The notes under the pieces: model-generated | Databases searched by the model: none | The model's input: only the letters and a program-made list of their open reading frames with translations | Told to the model about the DNA's origin: nothing | Assembly: GCA_050084515.1 (NCBI GenBank) | Contig: CM114271.1 | Location: 17,670,001-17,734,000, forward strand | Origin: Blasia pusilla | Taxonomy: Eukaryota | DNA: 64,000 bases | Reading direction: 5' to 3' | Shown: positions 52,601 through 64,000 of the stretch, piece by piece | Layout of the letters: every line of letters begins with the position of its first letter | How positions within the stretch are numbered: the stretch's first letter is position 1 | Made by a program: the position numbers and the translations under genes

Positions 52601-55600
52601 TGAAAAAGATGCACTCTCATAAAAACGAGTGATGGAAAACCCATCGGAAGTACAAAAGAGGGGGACTCAAAGAGTCAAAACCTGAAGGACACAACAAGAC
52701 CAAAAAAGGAAGAAGGGGCATCCCCCCTAAGGACAAAACTCACCGACAACACAGACAATATCAGCAAAAACAAGAGAGCTATGACTACTACTAAGTGGGC
52801 CTCTAGCGCCGGCGTCTCCCACAGCCTGAGCCCGCCGCAAAATCCCATTAGCCTGGGCACGCTCCAACGCTATGGAGACCCGCTACCTATAATACAGAAT
52901 CGCAGTAGCTAAGGAAAATCCATTTGTCGAGTGGAGATGATGGCGCAGTCCGTAAGGAACGAGTCAAACCTCTCCCCCATAGCCCTATACATCTCTATGG
53001 CAAGGGGGATGAAGATGTGTCCCTCGTGAAGTCGACTGTAGATATGTGTCTTCTTCACCTCCGCCGCCGCCGCTCCTTGTAGCATTCGCCCTTGGGCCAC
53101 CACTTGGGCTCCGACTGCCTCCCGCGTAGGATCTGTGACTACCACGTCCGCCACCACCACCTCAGCCTCTCGTGTCATGTAGAGATCAGCACGAATAAGG
53201 GAATCCCGCATGGAGTAGTGCCTCTCTCTTTGCACATGGGAGCCACTCTCCCGAGCAATACTGAACATGATATCCCGCACTGCATTGTGAGTGGCTATCA
53301 TCTCACCCCCAACTGGACAGCGTGCCAAATGCACACCAAGTGGATCCAGGCTCCGGCGACACTTGCAGTGTGTTGAACCAACCACCGATGGTTGGGGGAG
53401 GCCCAGGCGGAACCGCATCGCTGTGATATAGGTAAGTGGTGCAATACGGAAAGCCTGGAGAAGGGGGCGTGCCCCTACCCATGAGCCTGCCCACTTTCCG
53501 GAGCAAGAGCGAATACGGGCCCTAACCTCCATGGGGATATTCCCATCATACATAGTGCCTCTAAAAACTGCATCAAAGTGGGCTTCCATCAAGGAAGATT
53601 GGAGCCCGGACTGACTGGAGGTAACTAAGGAGGAGAAAGTGGGGAGAACGGCTCTGGCCTCAACTCGAAGGGAATCTCTACAAGCTGTGAGTGAAGATGG
53701 AAGTGGGAAAGAGCCATCCTCAACCTGGGAGACAAAGTGTAGAAGGAGCGGTCTATCTCTAACCAAAAATCGTGAGCAAAGGAGGGGTCCCACTGTGGCC
53801 CAACTCCCTAAAAAAGCGGAGGGCGCCACTAACTCGTTCGAGAGAAGACCTACTCCACCAAAAGAAATCGGCCAAGAGGCATGTCTACGAGCTAACTCCC
53901 CCATGGGGCACTCTAAGGAGCCGGGTCCTAGAAGATCCCCAAACACCTGCATGAGCTTCCTATCAAAGGATCTATATAGGGAAGAAAGGTGACTAGATGT
54001 CCACACAATTCTAGTGAGATAACCAGGTCTACGATCAAAACAAGAAGAGAGAATGCCGAAGGCGACTTGAGGGTCACCAATCCTCGTAAGATCATCAACG
54101 TGGAGAAGATCCTCGATAAGAGCCGCTGCCACAAAACTCGATACAAAGTCCTGGCTCCGGAGCGGGACTCCCAAGACTCGAAGCCCTCCGACAGGTCGCA
54201 AGAAGCCGTCGGGTAAATGTAGATCATCACGTAGGCCTGATGGAGACCAAGCCTTGCACTTCCCCACCTTCACCGCCAGGCCGACACGTGCCAATTTGTC
54301 TTTGAAAAGTGCTCGAATGCAGGGACAACCAGATCTCCGGGACCAACAATATGAGTATCACCGCCAAATGAAGGAACATGCAACCCAGGAAAGCCTCAAC
54401 AGAGAATGAACCGCTCGGTAATGAGCCACAAACAAACAACGCTCCACCAGAGGGTCACCCCGACGAGTCCTGGTAGCGGACTCCAAGACCGTGACCTCCT
54501 CCTCGAATCGACCATGGTGGAAATAGAGGGCCGAAGGGGCCCCATAGAAAGCTTTGCACAAAGGGAATGAGGCTCGCCATGGGGCCACCAGCGTCCCCTC
54601 AACTTTCGAATATAGTAGCCCGAGATCTTGAGTTGAAGGCGTTCTCCACGCCCACTTGGAGAACCACCCACTGGATGTACATCTAGACAAGCCCTCAAAC
54701 CTAAGGCAACCGTCTCACATCCGGTCGGGCGTGGCAACTCCAAACTCGATGGACAGAGATATGACGAAAGCCTCACGGAATTGCAAAGCAAGAGTACGAC
54801 TCACCAACCGCAAGAGCACCTCACCTGTGGGCAATCGGACGGATACAACCACCCTCCTTCGACAACGCCAAAAGTTGCCCGCTCCTAATACTTGGGCCAT
54901 CTTTGTTGGCACTCTCCCCGAGCTAGGTGAGAGGCAACCTGAAGCAACTTTCGGAGAAGCGCTAGCGGTGTCCTCGGAAGGAAAGCAATCACGAAGGTGT
55001 TCGTACATCATACAGCACAAACCTCCGCCGCAATCCTCGGAGAACGCCCGAGTGCCCATGCAAAGAGGGACGGGTCAAGGCATATAGCCGTGTCAGGATG
55101 GAAGTCACGTGCAAAAGCTGGAATGTCAACCGTTGGACGAGGATGTAGCCTCCGGAGAGCATCGATGGTAACAGCTGAAGAAGGAGCCATGCCCATCGGG
55201 CGAAGAGCACGTGCAGCTCGGGAGTACTCACATGCTCGCCCCAGTGTCCTACATCGTCGCAACCTGGCAGCTCCAAGATCGTCCGCCGGGAAACCATGTG
55301 AAGTACTACCTCTGGCAAATGCCACAAACTCACTCTGCAGAGACTCCTAGTCACCTCCTCGAAAGCGTCTCAGACGTGCCATAACCACTCTATGACTGGC
55401 CTTCCCTCCCCGAGTGTAACGAAGATACCATCGTGGAAGGAGAAGTAGTAGGTACCAAGAGAGCTCATCCATAGGATCAAGAGCGATCCTAGCTAGGGGA
55501 AGGAGGAATGCGTGGCGGAGGTCGTCCCGAATAGCATGGTGGATCCTATGAAACAACCTCGGGCAGGGAAAACGGGTCTCGAAGAGACCTATAATGCTGC

Positions 55601-56540
55601 CCTGGTGGGACCTCAACCACTCCCATGCCTCATGAGGCGGCGATGATACGGGAAGCACCGGAGAGCATCCATGGTCGACAGGAGGGACCACCCATCCAAA
55701 TCTATCAAAGTCAAGATGTTTAGCCGCTAAGTGGTTCCGAATTCCTGAACGAGTGAAGAATTCGGGACAACATGGGCATTTAGTATCCCGACAAGACGAC
55801 CCACGGGTCCCCACATAGGGAGCCGATGCGGGTTGAGGCATGGATGCAACTCACCAAGAAGGGGACATGGCCCCCTCCAATAGAATCGTGCCACAATCCC
55901 CCGCCAATAACAATCCTATCATCCCCATTCGAATGAGCGGTCTTGAAAACAACTCTCTTCCCGTCCACGGTAATGCTCCCTCTAACATAAACTCTCACCT
56001 ACCGACATCACCTAGGACTTCTAGTCCCAACCCCCTCCCAAAAATGAACTCATGAATACGTAGATTTGCTAAGGGTGTGAAAAGATCATGGGCCCTTCGA
56101 GATAAAATAGATGAGAAGAAAAGTGTATGTACGGGAGGGGTAACAAATACAAACGTGAATCGAACCAAAATGAGAAGCACATACGACCAATACGACAAAC
56201 AAGAAAGGACTTGGGAAAGGAGGGGAAGGGTGGGTGAATAGAGGACGTTACTTCGGGAAATTTCTCCAAATGACAATAAGCAAAGCCCTAATACTCATAT
56301 TTGGAACCCTAATATGAACCGAATTCTAAAAAGATAAATAAAAATAAAAATACTTCATGCCATGCAGCAAGGTCCGGATCAAAACAAAACCCTCGTCAGG
56401 CTCTCTGTTTCAACATGTAGCACGTCCCTTTTCATCCCCGACGCCCATGGTTCTTCCTCCCGCCGTCCCCGTCCATGCCTCCTACCGTCCCCGCCCAAAA
56501 TCGCGTCCACTCGCGTCGCGTCATCTCTCTCTCTCTCTCC
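52601..56540 (-). mobile_element. Non-LTR retrotransposon with restriction-like endonuclease (CRE-clade-like), inserted antisense in the copia RT
   Basis: Copia RT breaks at KVCLLH (52600) and resumes at K..GLKQAPRVW (~56541). The insert encodes an N-terminal C2H2 finger CPCCPEFFTRSGIRNHLAAKH, RT motifs (VENAFN, RRGDPL, decayed ADD, GLAVKVGKC), a CKC..HLARC...HNAVRD knuckle and an RADL...DVVVTDP...KK..Y...FIPLAIE endonuclease. Confidence 0.85.
52909..55841 (-). pseudogene. Single ORF (zinc finger-RT-zinc knuckle-RLE) of the CRE-like element, disrupted
   Basis: ORF pieces 55347-55841, 55008-55325, 54715-55059, 54358-54791 and 52909-54294 (461 aa). Confidence 0.8.
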
Positions 56541-57347
56541 AAAAGCCAATTGTTTGGGTTGAAGCAAGCCCCAAGGGTATGGTTTCAACGAATAAATACA
56601 TTCTTCAGAGAGAAGGATCTCATCAAGAGCCCGAAAGAAACAAATTTGTATGGGTTTTGCGAAGCTGGGATGTATATGTTGATAGTGGTGTATGTGAATC
56701 ATCTGATCATCATAGGAGACATAGTAAGAAAATACAAGAAATGAAGGGAGTGTTGAAATATGAGTTTGAAATGTCAGATTTAGGTCTTTTGCACTATTTT
56801 ATAGGGTTGGAGATTTAGTAACAGCCAAATTCTATTTTTCTCTCTCAGCAGAAGTGTGCTAGAGAAATCTTGAATAACTCAAAACTATTCTCCAAATATC
56901 CAAATAGATTTTGGCTGTTACTATTGAAGGTGTCATGGATGAGCAAGAAGTAACCTACAATGGCTCTTTCTTCTACCGAGGTAGAGTACAAGGCGGCTTG
57001 TTATGCTTCTTGTGAAGCACTATGGTTGAGATGGATATTGGAGGACATAGGAGAAGCACGAGAAAGTGCTACTGAAATGTGGTATGACAATCAAAGTTGC
57101 ATTCCCATTGCACATAATCCTGTGTTTCATGCTCGTACGAAGCACATAGAGATACAATATCATTTTGTTATTGAGTTGATTGAGAGAGTGGTTTTCAAGT
57201 TAGTCTATTGTCCAACAGAGGATAACCCTGTTGACATCTCCACGAAAGCTTTGAGCGAAGATCAGCTTCACCGACATTTGAAGGATCTTGGCATTGATCC
57301 AAGACAATAGTTCACATGAGGCAGGATATTGAAGGGGGGGGGGGGTT

Positions 57348-57770
57348 ATTTTGAACATCCACTTTTTTGAGCACCATTAATCTGATTAGCCCCGCTATAT
57401 GAGGATAAACCTAGATTGATGGTTCCGACTTAGACGTCGAAAGAGTCATAGTGATATCACGTAGGTGGTTTATGGAGTGGCGTTACTAGGATTTTCTTAC
57501 CCTATATTGCATCAGGGTGCCGGCCACCTTGATACAATATGAACCCTAATACAACATTTTTCTTTTAATGGGAATAAAGAAAAATAGGTTAAAAGCCCTA
57601 GTTTCCCAAGTAGTGAAATAGTCGAGAGCCATAGCGGTAGCGCATTCTCGTATGTCGAGTTATCTCCATGTTCAAGTTTCATCAAAGGTGAGCGCACGGA
57701 CAGACTAGGCCACTTTGTATCTCTAAGTTTTGTAAAGATTTGAGTGATTTCGTCACTTTTTGTTTTCTCA
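57348..57770 (+). repeat. Copia 3' LTR
   Basis: Follows the poly-G PPT and aligns with the 5' LTR with many substitutions and indels. Confidence 0.85.
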
Positions 57771-58925
57771 CATTTATTTCATATTATCACAACTATTTTA
57801 AATAAAAATAATTAATAATTCGTTAATACCATTTGCAATTGTTATGGGCCTAACGTTCTTCCTTAATTTTGCTATATGTGTAAAGTCTTGGCCACATATG
57901 CATTCTTTATGTATAACATATCAAGGGTCATTCATATAACGTGATCTTGATATTGTGTCTATTACATTTAATTTGAGACATTTGCTTGTTTTTGGGGTTC
58001 TCATGTCCTCTACATTTAATGGGCCACATATAATGTAGGTTAGTGAAGGACATATGCATACACTATGAGGGCACTCATAGATATCATCACATTTCCTATG
58101 GATCCTCTCATGTGCTCAATTCCGCCCCATCTTCTCACCTGTTTGTCTATAGTATACTACCACCTTAACTATGTATAAACTATTGTTGATTATCTTATAT
58201 TTCATTCAAGGCTAGATATTTCTAACTCATTCTAGAATACAAAAATTAATAGGCGTTTAACCCATATATGAATTTGTAGGTATTTTGGCTGGATATCTTA
58301 AATATTTCAAATTTTCGTAATAACATTATTTTTTCTTGTTTAATTAGATCCATACCAAGCATTCGGATCCATATTTATTCTCATTCGATTAAATTCATAC
58401 GAAGTGTTAGATAACAAAATCCGTGCATTTTATGTTTTGGTTTGCTATCCACATTTTTTATATAATTAAATCCTTTTTCTTCCTGGTTTAATTAGTTAGG
58501 TTCATAAAAAACGTCACGATACAAACCCGTTCATTTTCATCCCTCCTTATTGTGCAAATACATAGATTCTTCCCATTTCTTGCATGTACTAAACATTGCG
58601 TACTTTACTTATCACATCCCCTCCCTAATTTTTTGGGCGTCCACACTAGTTGTTTGGTTTTTTATACACGAACCCCCAAATAACCATCATGAGATGCCTC
58701 GTGAAGGAATCAATCTTATGCAATTGCTAATAATACGTCTATTTTTTTAATATATTATATAATTTGCGCATTGGTGTATGATACCGTTCTAACATGGCGA
58801 CACCTCGGGAACATTACACGTGTTCCTAGAAACCCTACGCCTATTTCAGATGAGGCATATAAACATGGGGTAGGGCGCGTATTCATAGGAGGGCGTATAC
58901 GGGGATATATATGCACAAGATCTTG

Positions 58926-58956
58926 CATGGCACGGTCTGTCACGAGCACTTACTAG
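58926..58956 (+). mobile_element. Helitron-like 3' terminus
   Basis: catggca-cggtc-tgtcacg hairpin, then agcacttaCTAG|T. Confidence 0.5.
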
Positions 58957-61900
58957 TTTTCATAAATTTGTAGAAGAGACTCCTACAAAGTGAGGATTGA
59001 TACACACTATAACGAAGAATGACATACCGAGGTAAAACTCAACAATATTATACGGGGCATTCACTTGATAATACGTTGAGATATAACACACGTAAGTTCT
59101 AGAAGAACAAGTAAACAAGGTATCAACTCGTGATAGCTTTCAGCGTTCAATCGATACAACTTTGAGTACACCATTCCAACGAGAAAACACACTATTCTCT
59201 ATTCAAGCTCATGTTTTGGATTTTTCTACATTTGAATGGTCTATGCTTCAGAAGCAGAAACCACTTAACAAAAATATATGGATTCACACTTCCTTGTACA
59301 AAAAAGATGAAGGAACGAATACTATTCATGATTTTGTGTGCCACGTATAGAAAGAGAGATTTTTCATAATATAATAAGTAAATTAAAAGACACCAAAGGA
59401 AAAACGATTGAATGAATATTCTCCCCGGACCAAATTTAGTTCATATTCGTATGTACATCTTCTATTCTTGTACAAATTAATTCCCCACTATAGATATTTA
59501 CCTTTTGCATTCTTAGGGCTCGCTAATATAAAAACTCTTTGTGAATATCCTATATTTTTTAAATTAGCAAATTAAGTCTTGACTATAAAATAAACAAATA
59601 AAAATTTATTGAAATAAGGAAGAAAATTTAATTTTCAACATGTATTCTATAAGGATATGTTGTAAAGTGATGGCCTCTAGATATGAGGGGAATCAAATAT
59701 TGGGACTTTTGAATACAAAAAGGAAAATAAATAAATGATTCTTTCTCACAAACGATGGGAATTTATTTTAGTTGTTTCATCAAAGTCTTATTTGCAATAG
59801 CTAATATTAAGAATTTATGAGTAAATGCTAGGTGTAAGGCCAATGAAATATTTTAATTTTTACGTTGCTCTCTATTGAGCTAATAATTTGTGGGGTGGTA
59901 ATATTCTAAAATTTTGAGAACAATTTATAAAGTAAATTTCAAATAAAATCCCATATCTTTATGATTTTTTCAAGAACATTCGTGTGATGGACAAGTTGGA
60001 TAATAAGACAAAATCACAACATGGTTGAATTTTATTCTTTGATGCATAACCATCATGATTTTGAATGGGATAGGAAAATACTTTATGTAATTATAACTTA
60101 TAATATTAATGAATACTATTGTCGATGATCTTAGGTGAGGTCCCTTTTCCTATTTCCTCGCCGTTTATGGCCTTCACGTTCTCGACTCATTGAGGTACCC
60201 TTTTTTTGTACTTAAAGGTTTTCCATCATCTGCTTTTCATTGAGGCCTCGTATTTGAAAAAAGGAAAACACAAGAAAAAACTGTCTTTTTTTTTTTTTAT
60301 ATGAGAATTTTGCAATTTTGTCCCTTGATTCATTTTAGATGGGAAGATAAAATAATTTGAATGGGGAAGTAGTAGATATTGTTTTCATATAATTAAAAGG
60401 TAGAATTCTCTAGGGGAAAGGGATATGTTTCAAATTTCAACTAAGGAGTAGAATAAGAAGAGTGAAATTATATTGCTTTTCTAAGATTTGAGAAAATGAA
60501 AGTGATATTTACTTTTCTTGAATGTTTAGTTTTTAAAACGAAAATTTTATTCATAATTTACATATTGGGAAAGGAATCGAATCATAATGGAAAATAGAAA
60601 AGATTTTATTAATTATAATCAGCTCATTATTTAATTAATCGATGATATTTTGGTGGGAAGAAAGGGAAGGGAAGAGTCGTAATATTCAAACTTCTATGGA
60701 GGGCTTAAACTATTGATGGGAATTTGATATTATTTAAATGTGAAATTATATTATTCCTTAAAGATTATGAGATTTAGATTTGCATTTGAATTTTATTATG
60801 AAAATATTTATACATTATAGAAAATTAAATTTTGCGCGCGAGCGCAAGCACATAGACAAGTATTGTCTTAAGCTTAAGACACATAAATGTTACAAATGTC
60901 CTTTTTTTGAGTTTCAAAGAAAATGAAAAAAAAATATGTTGGGGACTTAATGCAAAAGGATAACAAGAAAATTCTGGAAATTGCATTGTGTTTAAAAAGA
61001 ATAATTTGACTCTCTTTCTAATTAAAAAATTAAAGCTTAGTTAGAAATCCAAATCAATTATAAACTAGTATTCTCATTCTCTTAATTGAGAGCGTGAGGT
61101 TTGAAAAACACCACATAACTTCTTTTCCCCTATTTCTAAGCGAAGAAATATCTACTTCTTTTGTTGAAAGCAAGGGTGTTATTTCATTGTTACTAATATT
61201 CAAAGGGGAATTTATCTTTACTTTCTTAACATATCAATTTTTACTAGTCTTACCCATCGATGAATAACTACAAGTCTTCCATAATTAAGGAGAACATTGA
61301 GTGGGAGGAGAAGACAAACATGATGTTCCATAATTGGCCTGCCACAAATATTGTGATTAGAAACCATTCATACAAATTAAGACCAAGTAAAAAGCATCAA
61401 TTTTAAAAGTATAAATAGCATATCTTATAATAGCTTGGGCATGAAACTCATTAGTAGTCATAGACCTAGAGTAGGACTTCCTCTCTAGGAAATAGATTCA
61501 AGAACATTTGATGAATATTCGATTGGGCCAAATTATTGTGCCTTCTTCTTTGGCATTCCGCTGAACAATTGTGCCTTTTGAATAATGATCACCACAAGTG
61601 ACAAAGAAGAAGTCACCATTGGCTTCAATATGACTCAAGTGAACTAAATTAGCATGTCTTCAATTTTGTCCTTAAACTCTCACAATTTGATGTATATCAT
61701 GTAACCATTAAGGGTTTGGTGCATTTGGAAGTCTATAGCACAAACATTAGAGACATTAAAGTCACATAACAAATATAGAGTGTGCACACATGGTTACGAT
61801 GTCATTTTATTATCATAATGCTCAACATTCTTACATTGGAGATGACAAAGTCGTGGAATGAGTTACAAATCGCGTATCTTGAAGCGCCCTTCTGTTTCTT

Positions 61901-64000
61901 TGAGATGCAAGTCTTCTTGCCTTCTTCCATGCAAGCTTCTCTCTTTCCTCTGAAACCCGTATAGAAGATGGTGGACTACATGAAATGTGGGGATCATGAT
62001 CCATATTAGATAAAGAGACTACACTGGTGAGGTCTACGAATGGTCTTTTTTCATTCCCCTTCTATGGTTCCTCTTGAGATTCATGCATCTTGTGACAATA
62101 TCAACCATCCGACAAAACAAATATATTGTCCGTATATAAAAAATTAGTAGAATAAATAAATAAATAAATGCAAAAATCCTTAAACTAAAATTTATGTCCT
62201 TGAACATTATATTCTAATTTAAAAAACAAATTCACATATAACTTAAGTTTTCATACAAAATATGAAATAAGACAATAATTCGAATGAGCAATGAAACTCA
62301 TATGTACTGATCTCACTTGAGTCCTTTGAGCAAATTTTATGACAATCACTTATTCTCCATGATCTCAACCCTCAACAATCAAGTACATATGAATGGCCAA
62401 GGGATGCGATCGTGTGAAGAATTTGTATCTCCTTCTCTTTCATGACCTCCAACTACTTATTCTGAAATACATTGATGATTTACCATAGGCGTGGTAAAAA
62501 AACTTGATGCACTCTCATCAGAACTATAACTCAAAGTGTTTCTCAAAGGGCTTATACTAACATTAAGAGCATAAATCCCATTTTAAAAAATCAGCAATAG
62601 TCCTTAGATAGGACTTGATGCCTTATCCATACTTAAACAAGTCAGCAATGGAACCTAGCCACAACTTGAAGCATTATTCCTATTTTCAACGATCCGCGAT
62701 GAAACATACTCCAAACTTGATATTTCTATTACCTCAACGATGTCGGCATCTATAGGTATATAATCCCTTTCTTGTTCATCAAGAGGAACGTAGAACTCAC
62801 CATCGCTATAGCGTAAATTGTCAACACTCATTTATAAAGTATCCTTTGGTAGAATTTGCATTATCCATAAATATATTATAATTAAAAAAATATTTTAACA
62901 TAATAATAAAATCAATAATAAATGATAATAAATCTCCACATATTAAAATTATAATATAAGTAGAGAATACTTGCTTTTTTGAGTCAGTCCACTCCCAAAG
63001 AAATGAAACTATAACGTTTGCTCAACTCAACAATCTGAACCATACATATATGAGAACAAAACAATACCAGTGAGACACTTTAGAAACTTCAAATAATGGT
63101 GAGGAAACATTAGAAACGTTCATGTTTCTTAAAGGATTTCAAACATTCAAATCATCCAATTTCTCACATCGTACCGAATGGAAAAATAGAGGAATTGTTG
63201 TGGAAAAATATAGGAATTAAGGAAACAAACGAAGAAAACCGATCATCTACTTCTTTACTTCCTCCTAAAATTAAGTGAGTGGGCAAGAAGTCAAGGAGCA
63301 CTTTTCTCTTGCCTACTAATTTTCACCTTTATGTTCAACACTCGAATTATAATTGGGAGAAAGAATATCAAACATCGAATCTCCAATATCCCCTACTCTG
63401 TAGACCTGAATTCCAAGTCGAACTCATCAAAGACATACCATCCCTCTAAATGATAGATGAAAGTGAAGGAATATTCTTCACCGCTCATGGCACCTGGGTT
63501 TGATAATAGCAATTGAAACAGAAGGCAGTGAATACAAAACCTTACGAGTTTACGAAGAATAGCATGTTCGAGGTGCGCATGCCCACCACTGACATCCCCA
63601 CAAAGCAAAAACCTTGGTTTGTACACAAAAGGTGTATAGGATCTAATCTTGATACCAAAGGAGCTAGCAAAGGCATGATCGCCACAATTGCCTTGTGAAC
63701 AAGACAAAAACATATCTTGCCAATTCCCCGCAAGCTTGCGATGCGTGGCGGAAAAATAGAGGAGAGAATGTGATCCAACATATGTTTTGCCTCGTCAAGC
63801 TCTCCAAGCTATGCGGAGGTTTTGCAATGCAAGCAAACTGTAGGATGTTTTGATGATGAAGGTGTTATTCACATTAAATTACTAATGTTTTAAGTCAATT
63901 GGTTATATTTCTACGAGACCGCGAGCCAAGGGGAGAAAGGTTGTAAGGTTTTGAAAAATGATTGGGATCCAAAAGAGTCAAGGAATTTGAGAATAGGATG

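Larger units (their letters stand above)
49219..57770 (+). mobile_element. Degenerate Ty1/copia LTR retrotransposon with both LTRs, interrupted in RT by a non-LTR element
   Basis: Diverged direct repeats at ~49219-49621 and ~57348-57770; PBS-like TGGTATGAAAG at 49624; G-run PPT at ~57331-57345. Domain order is gag, CHKLGYLKRDC, protease WVLNSGSSSH, integrase LRTDQGGEF, RT KARLVAQG/NVKSAFL...GLKQAPR, RNase H ALSSTEVEY...HARTKHIEI. Confidence 0.92.

Noticed and set aside
60832-60861. ttgcgc-gcga-gcgcaa hairpin followed by CAAG|T, resembling a Helitron end
   Set aside because: The terminal tetranucleotide is not CTRR; too weak on its own.
61400-63870. Coding-like patches and short ORFs (e.g. 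63393-63713) in the AT-rich right end
   Set aside because: No identifiable protein motif. It may be a very old TE or pseudogene but cannot be supported from the sequence.

Overview
Eukaryotic, repeat-rich land-plant DNA, probably from a bryophyte such as a moss (inferred from the TE lineages, tRNA-iMet PBSs and gene style; not proven). Only one intact host gene is supported: a 7-exon, 713-aa PRP43/DHX15 DEAH-box splicing helicase on the minus strand (16327-20542) with a CpG-rich upstream region. The remaining recognisable sequence is transposable elements: an Athila/Tat-like gypsy fragment, a hAT remnant, a full-length PIF/Harbinger with TIRs and TAA TSD, a ~466-bp fold-back element, three Helitron-like 3' ends, a chromoviral Ty3/gypsy, and a Ty1/copia interrupted by a CRE-like non-LTR element. 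The main finding is three decayed copies of a Ty3/gypsy family with the layout Gag(zinc knuckles)-protease-DNMT3-like C5 cytosine methyltransferase-[TAG CARYYA]-RT-RNaseH-integrase-PHD finger. It carries its own DNA methyltransferase and a putative histone reader. All three copies have an in-frame amber stop in a TMV-type readthrough context between the methyltransferase and RT. The second finding is the chromovirus, whose left end is an inverted copy of the LTR 3' (U5) end, yet the whole unit sits inside a perfect 5-bp TSD.
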